Origin: Paramoeba atlantica
Lineage: Eukaryota; Protista; Discosea
Assembly: GCA_977017575.1 (NCBI GenBank)
Contig: CDRNVI010000036.1
Span: 143,207 to 207,206 of the forward strand
Reading direction: 5' to 3'
DNA: 64,000 nucleotides
Part shown: positions 49,976-60,389 of the stretch, in pieces
Position numbering within the stretch: position 1 is the first letter of the stretch
Layout: each line of letters opens with the position of its first letter
Made by a program: the position numbers and the translations under genes
The notes under the pieces: model-generated
Databases searched by the model: none
What the model was told of the DNA's origin: nothing
The model's input: only the letters and a program-made list of their open reading frames with translations

Positions 49976-50333
49976 TTCGGTTAATTTGCTTTTTTCTTGC
50001 AACACACAGGGGTGAAAATCCCATGGTGGGGGGTATAAAATTCGTAGAAAATGTCCCTTGTATTTTTCACCCTTGTATGACCTTTTGAACCACCAACTTA
50101 TGGTTTTGTAGCCACTCCACGCATTGCTTTTCGGTCCAAGTTGAAATCTTACTTATTGTTAGCTTTCGTCGACAAGAAAATCAAACACATCCCGTGCAAG
50201 GCATGTAAAGATAGACCAAGCAACTGAAAATGACGAAACGAATAGCGAAAAAAAATTAGTATTTGGAGAGAACTTTTAAAAATTTGGCGGAAAAGCAGGG
50301 ACATTTGACCAAATCCATTATTAACTTTCCAGC

Positions 50334-51938
50334 TCATAAAACGAGAAATAGACCCGTTTCAACCAAGCTTTTGCATAGTAAAGCGCGATTGTCGCGCACG
50401 TCATTTTTAGAGAAATGTCTTGTGTCAAAACTCAACTCATCTATTGGCATAGGGTCTGGATAGGCGCAAAGGATCTGTGAAAGAGCATTGGCGAAAGTGA
50501 TTTCAAACCGTAGCATTCCAACGGGCTCGTGGCTGGATCCTCTGCGCACAGTCCTAGGGCAGTGTGTACGTTTTCTATTTCCCTCCGTTTCAGGTACGTT
50601 TTCTATAGGAGAGACGTAATACATGCGACACTCTCCGGCTTCCAGACATACTCGTACGGACTGTCTAGCCAAAAGACGAATCACCTTTTCTGGACGTCTA
50701 AAGTTAGAATCCTCATACATGTACGTATTGACATTCTGTTCTTTAAGCCTAAGAATTGGATGCGTATGGGTGAGATTGCTCTTCATATATTGATCCATTG
50801 CAAGAGATAGGACATCTTTCTTCATTACCAAGGGCGCGAACTCCCTTCGCTTACATTTGATTGCATTTGTTTGCGCTTCGTTTGCTGTATCTTCAATACT
50901 TCCAGGCAACGATGCGCTTAAAACGTCGAATACATCTTCAACAAAATTTGCAATACAAGCAGAAAACCCTGTCTCATCACAGTCATGACACAATTCATTA
51001 CCATCATATATTTTTCTGGGTAATCTTGTTGTAGGGTCGAACGCAGTGCCAAAGGCAAAAGGAATCTCATAAGAAATTGTACGACGAGCATTCGAGTTAT
51101 TTTCAGCAATTTTTTCAACCGCCATATGAAAAAGACTATGTAAGTAATCTATGTAGGTATTTCGTTGATTTGCACTCAATGTGACGTGAAGAGAGTGTAT
51201 GTCAGGAAACGACTGTGCGTAGTGTATAGTTCCCCGCGGTAGATACAAAATATCACCAACCTCGAGTTCGTATTGGAAGTCAGGGGGTCCTATGTCATCC
51301 TCAAAGAAGTCTTCACTGGGATACCGAGGACGGGTTCCGTCGTAAGAATACACAGACCACTTTTTTCTGCCTTCAGTCTGTATGATAAATACGTCAACAT
51401 CATCAAAATGAGGGGCGAATCCTTGAGCGCCTGCTGGAGTGTAATAAGTGTTGGCACCACAGTAGCAGCCCAACACATCCTCCATGGACCGGAGTAGGCG
51501 ACGCATGCGCGCACTGTAGCTCTGTGGATGCAAGAAACGCACACTCCATCCCTGTCCCATTGCATTTCGAAGAAACTTTTTCCCTGGAATCGGATTCGGA
51601 ATATTCGGAAAACTTAATCTTGTGTGCTCATCGCTATCATAGCGCACAATGTCAAGATCATGTCCGGGCTGCAACGAACCATTATTGACGGCAAACATCA
51701 TGTTCTTTGTTCCAAATAACTTTCTAATGGTTGAGCCTTTGAAGAAGAATGAAGTTTCAATTCCACTTTTGCAAAAGTTTGACAGACTTTCTGCTGGAGG
51801 AAATAGTTTTTGAACGATGCGACGTGACACGTCGTGGGCGCGCGGCGACCTCCTTGAAGTAGAACGAAACGATTTCGGTGCACCCACTTTGTTCCCGCGA
51901 AAATCCGAAGATGTAGAAAGGTTCATTTGTTCACGCAT
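50334..51938 (-). CDS. RIOX1: JmjC ribosomal oxygenase NO66/RIOX1-like
   Basis: SVRFLHPQSY, GANTYYTPAGAQGFAPHFDDVDVFIIQTEGRKKW, GDILYLPRGTIHYA, SLHVT. First ATG at 51938. Confidence 0.9.
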   Translation of the reverse strand: MREQMNLSTSSDFRGNKVGAPKSFRSTSRRSPRAHDVSRRIVQKLFPPAESLSNFCKSGIETSFFFKGSTIRKLFGTKNMMFAVNNGSLQPGHDLDIVRYDSDEHTRLSFPNIPNPIPGKKFLRNAMGQGWSVRFLHPQSYSARMRRLLRSMEDVLGCYCGANTYYTPAGAQGFAPHFDDVDVFIIQTEGRKKWSVYSYDGTRPRYPSEDFFEDDIGPPDFQYELEVGDILYLPRGTIHYAQSFPDIHSLHVTLSANQRNTYIDYLHSLFHMAVEKIAENNSNARRTISYEIPFAFGTAFDPTTRLPRKIYDGNELCHDCDETGFSACIANFVEDVFDVLSASLPGSIEDTANEAQTNAIKCKRREFAPLVMKKDVLSLAMDQYMKSNLTHTHPILRLKEQNVNTYMYEDSNFRRPEKVIRLLARQSVRVCLEAGECRMYYVSPIENVPETEGNRKRTHCPRTVRRGSSHEPVGMLRFEITFANALSQILCAYPDPMPIDELSFDTRHFSKNDVRDNRALLCKSLVETGLFLVL

Positions 51939-52474
51939 AGATAAATATCCTGATACATAAATTAAGCAGCTACTGAGCCGGCACACTCTACTGCACCAAT
52001 ATACTGACAGAGATAAAGTACTTTAACAGGGATAATAGTATTATAATACTACATTATAGTACTACTGTATGTAGCACTATAATTATAGATATTGTAGATT
52101 TTCAGACCCCTGGATAATACTTACTTTTAAGCGCCTCTCCGCTTAGCATGAAATTTCCACCCGTTTACATCCATTCTTCACAAATGCACTGGGCTCAATC
52201 ATACAGATTAATAACATGGTTAGCTAACTTGCCTACAATAAAAAAAAGTGTATATTCCAATAGTTCAATAAAAAAACCATTCTTATTCTCTAACTAACAG
52301 TATAGCTAGTGGGTAGTGCTGTGCAATTTAGGTACTAATCCTCCGCTTATTGTACTAAACTGTGTAAGTAATAGTAACAAATCGTTTCTAGTAGAATCTA
52401 CAAAGAACTATGCAATCGCGCCTATAAAAACATTGGTACATCACATGCCAGAACTAAAAGGTTAATGAAAAAAA

Positions 52475-53227
52475 TTATTCTGTGATATGGATACTTGTGT
52501 GCTTTACATTCGTGAACTTTGGAAGAAATGATTTCTTTACGCTCCCAGATAACCCCCAGAGGCTTTCTAACTTCTGCCCCTGTGTACCCAAAGATGATGG
52601 CAAATGCTGCAGCACAACGGCACCCGAAAACTTATTATTTGCAACGCTCAAGTCGAGTATCGAAGTGGGCAGTGCTGTTAAATCAACAGCTCCGGTCAAA
52701 AGGTTACTTTCAAGATGCAGGCTACACATATATGCCGGAAGCTTAGTAAGAATCGGTTGTGTCCGAGATCCAATCTATACATTGTATTTGGCAGCGATGT
52801 CAAATCCAATGATCCTGAAAACCTATTCCACTTAAAGATAAACGATACAGATTTGATGGAAGATTACTGAGGGATACATTTCCAATCAGCCCCTCTGATT
52901 TCGGAAACGAGACATCAAAAATTGCGACTGTTCGCGGGAGATATGCGAAATGCAATGTACCACGCAAATTTCGAATGTCCCAAATTTCCTCGTCATACGC
53001 TGGATCATAACCAAATCCACCAATCACATGATGTTCCACTTAAGCTCAGAGACGTTACCTTGTTCATCGCACGTCACATACTCCCAATCGCACGCTGTTA
53101 CTTCCGTATTCCAAGATTTGTGTGGGTTTGCGATATCTTGTACCAGTTCTGAGAGCTCGTATTCTTGTGGCAAATTCGCGGCGCTCACTTTTGCGGGGCG
53201 TGACTTAGAAGTCTGTAACACGTTCAT
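52475..53227 (-). pseudogene. Frameshifted LRR-family pseudogene
   Basis: NLPQEYELSELVQDIANPHKSW..ACDWEYVTC cap; LRR segments then continue in changing frames (LRGTLHFAYLP; SGSLDLTSLPNTMYRLDLGHNRF; LTGAVDLTALP). At least three frame breaks. Confidence 0.8.
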
Positions 53228-53501
53228 GCAAGACGATAAAATAAGGAACGAATCAGTAAGGATTTACTGACATTAAAGAAATAATCGTTTACATGCACAT
53301 TTGCTATGTGGAAACATCACGATGAAAATACTACTGAGACGGATCGAAACGTTTACTACTCCAGTCCAAGAGAATGTCGTAAAAGATGGACAATGGTGTC
53401 TTATTAACGCAAATCTTGAGTCGCAAGACTAGATCGTTCTTGTTTATACGCATGAAGGCACGAGAAATGACAAACTTTTTATGGAAAAAACGTTGCCTTG
53501 A

Positions 53502-53801
53502 TTAAAATATCCCTAAAAATCTCTTCCGTTTCTTCTCGGTATGCTCATAGTGTAATTTCATGCATGATTCGTATGCCGCAAGTGACTCTTGGCATTCATA
53601 AATCGACTCTTCAACAGGTCTATTTCTGTCATCAAGTGCTTGGCTTGAATGAGAAAAACATTTAAAAAAATCTTCCGCCGGCGCTTTGCAACGTGGCACC
53701 ACTAACGGAAAAAATGAAGGCAATTTTTCAATCGGTGTGCTCTCAGAAGTTGTCTCATGTGAAGCAGGTGGGGGTGGGTTAGTAACGTCGATACTCAACA
53801 T
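53502..53801 (-). CDS. Twin CX9C mitochondrial intermembrane-space protein
   Basis: CKAPAEDFFKC and CQESLAAYESC. Confidence 0.7.
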   Translation of the reverse strand: MLSIDVTNPPPPASHETTSESTPIEKLPSFFPLVVPRCKAPAEDFFKCFSHSSQALDDRNRPVEESIYECQESLAAYESCMKLHYEHTEKKRKRFLGIF

Positions 53802-54065
53802 TTGTTTGGTAGGACCAGAGGAATGAAAGATTTTCTAAGGTATCAACCTTATGGGACCACCTGAATGTGTAAAATCACTTGTTGTGACCCCTCTTACAAA
53901 CCTTTACTTACCTTTACTTACCTAGTACTACTGTCAAATACTTTACAAAATGAATTTCTACACGCACGGTGGAAAAAAATAGAGGTACTTTTCAACCCTC
54001 TACACTGTATGTTACAGTTGACAAAAACCGAAGTTTACTCCACCTTAGTTCAAGTGCATTAAGTT

Positions 54066-56114
54066 TTACGAGGAAATAGCAGGTAAACGGAAACCAAGTT
54101 GTGCTTCTGTGCTTGGCTTCATGCTGATACCTGTGTCTAGTATCAAACTTAAAGCTTCAGCGTCAAGTCGCAGCTTCTTATATTGCATGCGTCGCACTGA
54201 TTCGTGTAGCAGGCTTCTCAAATAAGAAATTTGCATACAAGCATCAAAATTTCTTAAGAAGATATCTCGAAATTGTAGACTATCGTATGGTGCACTAGTT
54301 TCTCTATTCCTGGAAGATTCGTCCCTCAGGTACGGCATCTTTACGTAATATTCATTATACTCATATCGAGATATACGCTTCGGATCATGTAGGGACGCAT
54401 GACGCAACCTTTCGAAACGAACACAATGCTCATTTCCGAGGTCAGTTCTAATTTTATCTTCAAATTCTTTTTCCACTGTTTGTACATTTTGCTTCGAACG
54501 CGTCAAAATTGTATTCGTATGAGCCTGAGTCTCAGTTATTCGTTCTTCCAGGCCTCGTAATACGGACTCCGAGTTGACATTGCGATATATTTGAATTTTT
54601 TGAACATCAAAGTTTTTCGCTTCTTCGCTGATGAACCTTACCATAGATGATTCTATGCTGTACCTCCGAGCCTCTGCCCATTCCAAGAGTGATATAAACC
54701 AGGGAAGCTTTCTCATGTTCCGCTCTTGCAAAGTACAATAAAAATTGTACAGACGGTCATGCTGAACTCGAGAGTATACCTGCAATAAGGCTCCTGCCAC
54801 ATCCTCATTTATGCTTCGTAAATCTTCCAATAAAGGTTCAAACTTCGATAATTGTTCCGACGGATTCACAGTATTCATTGTCCACGTTAGAAGTCTTGCT
54901 AGCAAACTATTAGCGTCGGAATCTATCATACCCTTTTCTACGCACTCGTTCAGAATTGTCTCAAAATCAAGAACCCCAAACCGGGCTAGCATGTGCAAAC
55001 ATATGTGGGTACTCTGCCTCACAGTCTGCCGTAACGCTTTCACTTCCACAGTTTCTTTCAACAAATCGACCGTAGTTAAGCGCTCAAGCACGACCCGGAT
55101 AAGCGATACGTTTCGCGTTTTATGCGTAGCACGTGATATTGTAGAAACCACTCCCTGGGAGGGAACATACTCGGGTCTCCGGCTTAAGATTCGGGCTGCA
55201 GTGTCCAAGACGGTCTCGCTCTTTCCATCCGCATTCAGAGTATGTCCCCAGGAGACCCATATTGCCTCATCCACTTCTTCATCATTGATCGAGCGTTTCC
55301 TGCAATACGCAGTGTAATACTCAGTTGCAAGAGTGGAGTTACGAAGGCGCTCACAGCTTCGCAGCAAAGTAAGCGTCACATGCGAAAGTGCAGGAGACAC
55401 AGGACAAAAGATAAGAAAATGGGAATAAAGATAGTGGTAAAAGGAACATTCCCCTTCGTCGATCGTACCATACCTACAGAATCGAGAAATCGAGGAAACT
55501 ACTACTTCATCGTCATTTGGCAGAGTTGAAGCGAGCCTATTTCCCAGAAAAGATTCTCTACAATCCTTGGTTGGTATGTTCGACGAATCACTTTGCTCGT
55601 TCGTCGAGGAAAGCACGAAAGGAACCACATTTCGTACAATGCTGAGCAGATAGAAGGCAGCTTTGCGGTGCTCGAACGTCTCCTTTGGATTTTTCACAGA
55701 TAAAAGCACTGCTCGCCACAGAGCTCGACACAGTGCTAGTTGAGAAACTATATCATCCTGATCCGAAGTAAGTTTGCTCATAGCGCCCCTCACCAGGGCG
55801 AGAATATGACTTGAGTATCCCGTATCGTATGCACAGTCCACTGCATTGTCAAAAAGACATAGCTTTCGAAGTGAGGGTGAATTGTAGCCGGCCAGAAATA
55901 GCTTCACCACAGCTTCGCTCAGGTGCGCTTGGCGTCCGAGCTGTGCGGCTTGAGACATAGCCCAAGTGGGAATGCTGTGAGATTTCTCGCGCATCGCTTC
56001 GAGGAGCGGGAGCAATTTTTTTGAATCCGGCGAAGATCTGTTCAGAGAACTCAAGGCGGAGGTAAGATCAGACACGCCTGCGTTGCAAAAGAAACGTACA
56101 GAACGCTTCAACAT
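54066..56114 (-). CDS. Hypothetical helical-repeat protein, probably mitochondrial
   Basis: 682 aa; MLKRSVRFFC presequence-like start; helical, Leu-rich. Confidence 0.6.
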   Translation of the reverse strand: MLKRSVRFFCNAGVSDLTSALSSLNRSSPDSKKLLPLLEAMREKSHSIPTWAMSQAAQLGRQAHLSEAVVKLFLAGYNSPSLRKLCLFDNAVDCAYDTGYSSHILALVRGAMSKLTSDQDDIVSQLALCRALWRAVLLSVKNPKETFEHRKAAFYLLSIVRNVVPFVLSSTNEQSDSSNIPTKDCRESFLGNRLASTLPNDDEVVVSSISRFCRYGTIDEGECSFYHYLYSHFLIFCPVSPALSHVTLTLLRSCERLRNSTLATEYYTAYCRKRSINDEEVDEAIWVSWGHTLNADGKSETVLDTAARILSRRPEYVPSQGVVSTISRATHKTRNVSLIRVVLERLTTVDLLKETVEVKALRQTVRQSTHICLHMLARFGVLDFETILNECVEKGMIDSDANSLLARLLTWTMNTVNPSEQLSKFEPLLEDLRSINEDVAGALLQVYSRVQHDRLYNFYCTLQERNMRKLPWFISLLEWAEARRYSIESSMVRFISEEAKNFDVQKIQIYRNVNSESVLRGLEERITETQAHTNTILTRSKQNVQTVEKEFEDKIRTDLGNEHCVRFERLRHASLHDPKRISRYEYNEYYVKMPYLRDESSRNRETSAPYDSLQFRDIFLRNFDACMQISYLRSLLHESVRRMQYKKLRLDAEALSLILDTGISMKPSTEAQLGFRLPAISS

Positions 56115-56465
56115 AGCAATGCAGCTACCTGAAAAGTCTTACATATCGTGGGTTGCCTAGAAATTTGAATAGCGGGAGCGAGTCTTATGAACAATGTTCT
56201 TCGGAACAAAGGGGGCAATGAATTGTCGCACCATAATATCGCTTATGATCATAAAGGAATGTGTTGTACCAAAATAGGGAAAGGAATGTCCAGTATCACG
56301 TAGAAAAGGCAAGAAATCAAAGTCATGAAAAGCAAAGAAACTCCTCGTCAGAAAATTATGAAAACGTACAGGGTATATTGCATTGCAGAACGCTTTGTAG
56401 ATAGTAGTGTGAAACCCCTTATATCCTACAGTGCTTCCATGCATTTGTACATTGTAGTATTCTAC

Positions 56466-57644
56466 TCACTGAAAGTTCGTAAGGAAATGAAACAAATCAA
56501 TCATACTACAGAACCCACACACCCTGCGATGTGCATCCACAGCAACCAAAGAGCGTACCCCACTCCTCGCAAACTGTAGAATCACGGATCGTAGTGTGTC
56601 CAATGGAGAGAAGACGTAGATCACCGCGTTGGGGGACACCTTTCTTTCTTCTAGCACCTCTGCGAGCGTAATGGAGAGATCAAATACACCATGCGAGGAG
56701 CCTAACGTGAGAACGTCCGTACGGGACACCACATTCAGCAACCGATTCGACCCCGCTTCAACAATCGGAAGCATATAAATCTTGTGCGTCAGAAACAACT
56801 GAAACACCTCCGCCAGGGAGGTATCCAATGTCACGGTGTACACCACACCCTGGTACCCATAATGTCCCAGCCCGAGCCGCACCACCGGGCAGCCCAACAC
56901 ACTCTCCGCCTCCCCGACGTCCCCCCCCACGGTCTCCCCCTCCCCCTCCCCCTCCTCCAACCCAAACGCCTCGACCAGGTACGCCAACACGGGGGCGTAG
57001 CTCACCACGCCGCACAGTGTCGCGTCCCCGCGGCTGTGCACCACCGGCACGCGGTGGATCCGGTGCCGCACCAGCCGCTCGATCGCCCCCGCGGCGCTGC
57101 TCTCGAAGGCGTAGACCGTGATGCAGCTCCCGGGGCTGCGCGCGGGGTTGTGCAGCCCCGGGGCCCTTCGCCAGGCGCGCAGGCTCATCCCGCGCAGCCC
57201 CTCCACGGCGCCCTCGTCGTCGCAGCGCTCGTGGCAGTAGCAGAGGACTTTGATGTAGTCCGTGGCGGTCATGATCCCCTCGGGTCTTTCCCGGTGGTGG
57301 TCCCAGAGGACGCAGTAGGAGGTGCGGCTCTCCATGGCGGCCTGGAAGGCGAGCTTGAGTGGGAGCTCGACGTCGAGGACCACGACGCGGCGGGAGGGGA
57401 GCAGGAGGTCGTGGCAGGGGGTGGAGGCGAGGGCGTGGGTGATGGCGGCGGTGAAGGATTGGACGGCGGGAGGGGGGGCGGGGGGGGAGGGGGTGGGGGA
57501 GAGGGAGAAGAGAGGGGGGTGGGGGAGGGGAGGAGAGGGGGGTGTGGAGGAGGGGTGAGGAGGGGGGGTGAGGAGAGAGCGTAGAAGGGCGTCGGAATCG
57601 GGGAGATTGGGGAGGGAGGGGGGAGGGGGGGTTGAAAGGGACAT
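56466..57644 (-). CDS. SNF4: CBS-domain protein, AMPK gamma/SNF4-like
   Basis: VVVLDVELPLKLAF...LWDH..E..GIMTATDYIKVL; HRIHRVPVV; LPIVE...NVVSRTDV. Confidence 0.8.
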   Translation of the reverse strand: MSLSTPPPPSLPNLPDSDALLRSLLTPPPHPSSTPPSPPLPHPPLFSLSPTPSPPAPPPAVQSFTAAITHALASTPCHDLLLPSRRVVVLDVELPLKLAFQAAMESRTSYCVLWDHHRERPEGIMTATDYIKVLCYCHERCDDEGAVEGLRGMSLRAWRRAPGLHNPARSPGSCITVYAFESSAAGAIERLVRHRIHRVPVVHSRGDATLCGVVSYAPVLAYLVEAFGLEEGEGEGETVGGDVGEAESVLGCPVVRLGLGHYGYQGVVYTVTLDTSLAEVFQLFLTHKIYMLPIVEAGSNRLLNVVSRTDVLTLGSSHGVFDLSITLAEVLEERKVSPNAVIYVFSPLDTLRSVILQFARSGVRSLVAVDAHRRVCGFCSMIDLFHFLTNFQ

Positions 57645-58243
57645 GGGGGAGGGGAGGGTTTGGAAATCGTTTCTAATATTGCGATTCGAGTCCGTGTCAT
57701 GATCATTCCGTCTCAGAAATTTACGATTTTACACATTCTTGTTTCATTCGAGAAATCTCGTTCCCGTGAGGTATTACTGTGCCGCAATAAAACGTGAGGA
57801 AGGGTTTTTTTGAAAAAAGGATTCAACTTGGCGAAAAAAATGGCAAAAAAAATATTTTTCTAAAATTGTTTCTCCTATTGTATTCTGAGAGTTTGGGACC
57901 TATTCTAGCTTTCTACGACATTGCCTTCGCGAGATGTTGCTTCTTGAAGCCGTGGTACGTCTCCCAAAATGACTCATTTTTGAATGAAATATGCGAAAAA
58001 GTAATTTTCGGACCCAAAGGGGTCTTTTTGAGTCGGAAGAATGGTGTGGTTGGAATCGCCTTTTCCACTCAATACGTTCTGTAACCTCGAATACGTGCCT
58101 ACGAGTGATTTCCCGTAAAAGTCGAATTTAGTGCTCTGAGACCAAAAATAAGCAAAAATCACCTCATTTTTACGAAAAATCAGCTATTTTTGGCTCAGTT
58201 CCTTCCGTTTTCTTCAGTGTCCCTAGCCAATTTTCCTTTTTTA

Positions 58244-58338
58244 GGCTCTTCGTTAATCGCGGTGGTAGGTTTCAACTCGCAGCGCGCAGCATGAGTGACT
58301 TCTAAGTTGAAAACAACCACCGTGTTTAACGAAGAGCC
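58244..58338. mobile_element. 95-bp hairpin mini-MITE flanked by TA
   Basis: TA|GGCTCTTCGTTAATCGCGGTGGTAGGTTTCAACT - 27-nt spacer - AGTTGAAAACAACCACCGTGTTTAACGAAGAGCC|TA. Confidence 0.55.
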
Positions 58339-58609
58339 TATAGCACATTGATTTATTTTCATCAATTTCGCAAAATCACAAACCGTAACGAATATGAATT
58401 TCTTCATTGTGAAGCGGAGAGAGACTTCGTCGATTTATCACCCTGTCGGAATCGTTGATGCGAAATACACTGTACCTGTGCAGGCGACGAAAATGAGGAT
58501 GACACGGCGTGGCCTGCGACCCAAGTTGCAAGAAGGGTGTGTCCAGGGTGTAATGGTTTTGCTTGTGTACGAACTTGGCGAAACCTCACGCAGGTGCCGT
58601 AAAGAAAAA

Positions 58610-59667
58610 GTGCCGAAGAATGGATAAATAACCAACGGTTGCTTGGCCTCCCACAGTGTGATAATTAATCACACAATGATTATAATAAAGATGGATTGGA
58701 ATTCATGCGTGATTTGAGGGGGCGTCTAAATATGCACGAATACACACACCATGATCGATGCAGGGGAATGTGTAGGAACCGTGTTCACGCGCACGCGCCT
58801 TATCTCAATAATGGGTCTGCAGTGAATCTTGGTACTCTGCTACTGATTTGTGGAAATTTTAAATATAATCTTACAACCGGGCAAATTAGTCAGAACCGCG
58901 GAGTGCGCCAGGGTTCAGTTACGAAAATGCTACACATGCTTGGTAACGCAGCTTATCATTCGGACTTCGACTTTTCAAGAGATTCACGGACTTCGACTTT
59001 TCAAGACTTCAAGTAGATGAAACATTCATTGGCAAAAGAAAATATAATCAGGGCAAGCGTGTCCGGAAGGTGGGCTGGTGGTTTCTAACAGCTACTGAAA
59101 TAACGGACCGAAAGAGGGGGCGCACACATTGGAAGCCTGTGAAGCGGAGAGATCAGGCTACTCTGCTGAACTTCAACATTCCTCATCTTACGAGTGCGCG
59201 TTCGGTTGTCGTAACGGATGAGTGTACTACAACTTCGGAGAATATTGTCACCATTTCACGGTTAATCATAGTAAAGAGTTCGTGGCGTTAAGAAGGTATC
59301 ATACGAACCACGAGGAAGCTGCCCACCATACGGTAAAGTATTGGACAAGGCAGCATCGCCACAATTATGGAATGATATCGACGGACTGACGACGAAACGA
59401 AACGCTGCAATGCGTGAAATACAGTAACAGTATGGGTACAGTAACACGAAACGCAGAGAAGCATGGCAGGTGCGTTTCATGAACATCTTGGAGTGCATCC
59501 GGCATCACTACGGACGGGAGGCACGCGACAAATTCGAAGATGTGAGCGATAGTCACTGCAGCCACTCCTCTGTTGATCGTGATATATCATCGACAGAAGC
59601 CGAAGAAATAGCAGGAGGAGAACCAGAAATTATTGAACAATCAATGGAAAAGGACCAAATTGAATAA
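58610..59667 (+). pseudogene. Merlin (IS1016/IS1595-like) transposase pseudogene
   Basis: LQVDETFIGKRKYNQGKR (first D at 59016), WWFL, PVKRRDQATLL, VVTDE (59217), HFTVNHSKEFV, HTNHEE, C-terminal FMNILECIRHHY. Several frameshifts. Confidence 0.85.
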
Positions 59668-60036
59668 CCCGAAAATTAACTATCTTTCTGTACATACCTT
59701 GAAGGTCACGCTAATGGCCACAGTCGTTGTTACGCAATGTTGGGGCCTAGCGACCCCCACCCCCCAAGCTCTCGTCCACAGCACCGTTTTCTTGTACATT
59801 TTGTTTTTCTAAATACGAATGGAACATTTGTCTGTGTAATACTAATCTGGAGAACATTAATCTGTGTGATATTAATCTGTGTTAACTCGAAAATATTTGG
59901 CCGGACAGAAATCTGTGTTAAAAAAAAATAAATGCGCCGCAAGCGAAATTTTCCTTTTTTTAGTACATTTTTACGTCTTTTTCTCTGAAAATTTCTTTGT
60001 TCTTGATATCTTTTTTTTTTAATACGAGCGGAACTC

Positions 60037-60170
60037 TTTTTTTTTTTTCATCTAAAAACAAATATCTAAAGAATCATCTAAAAACAAACAAACAAAAAAG
60101 ATGGGGGTATTTTTTTTTTTCATCTAAAAACAAATATCTAAAGAATCATCTAAAAACAAACAAACAAAAA
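60037..60170. repeat. ~60-bp tandem duplication
   Basis: (T)n-CATCTAAAAACAAATATCTAAAGAATCATCTAAAAACAAACAAACAAAAA occurs twice. Confidence 0.9.
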
Positions 60171-60389
60171 CGAACGAAAACCTATTATATACAGGGGGTA
60201 AATCAGATGCTGCGGGGGGTCTAAAAATTGCAAAACCTTTCCAATTTTGGAAAATGATAGCGCATTCGAGAGCGCTCGCAGAGTTCTATGTTTTAGAAAA
60301 GGCATTTTCCCGGGGTATAGGGGCATGTTCAACTGACAAGAAGCCCAAAAACGTCAAAATGCAAAAATTGTGAGAAGGGTTTTAGATGA

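Noticed and set aside
56784-57706. Long Pro/Gly/Arg-rich alternative ORFs around SNF4 (similar ones at ALT and UBE4)
   Set aside because: Explained by stop-codon depletion in the GC-rich islands.
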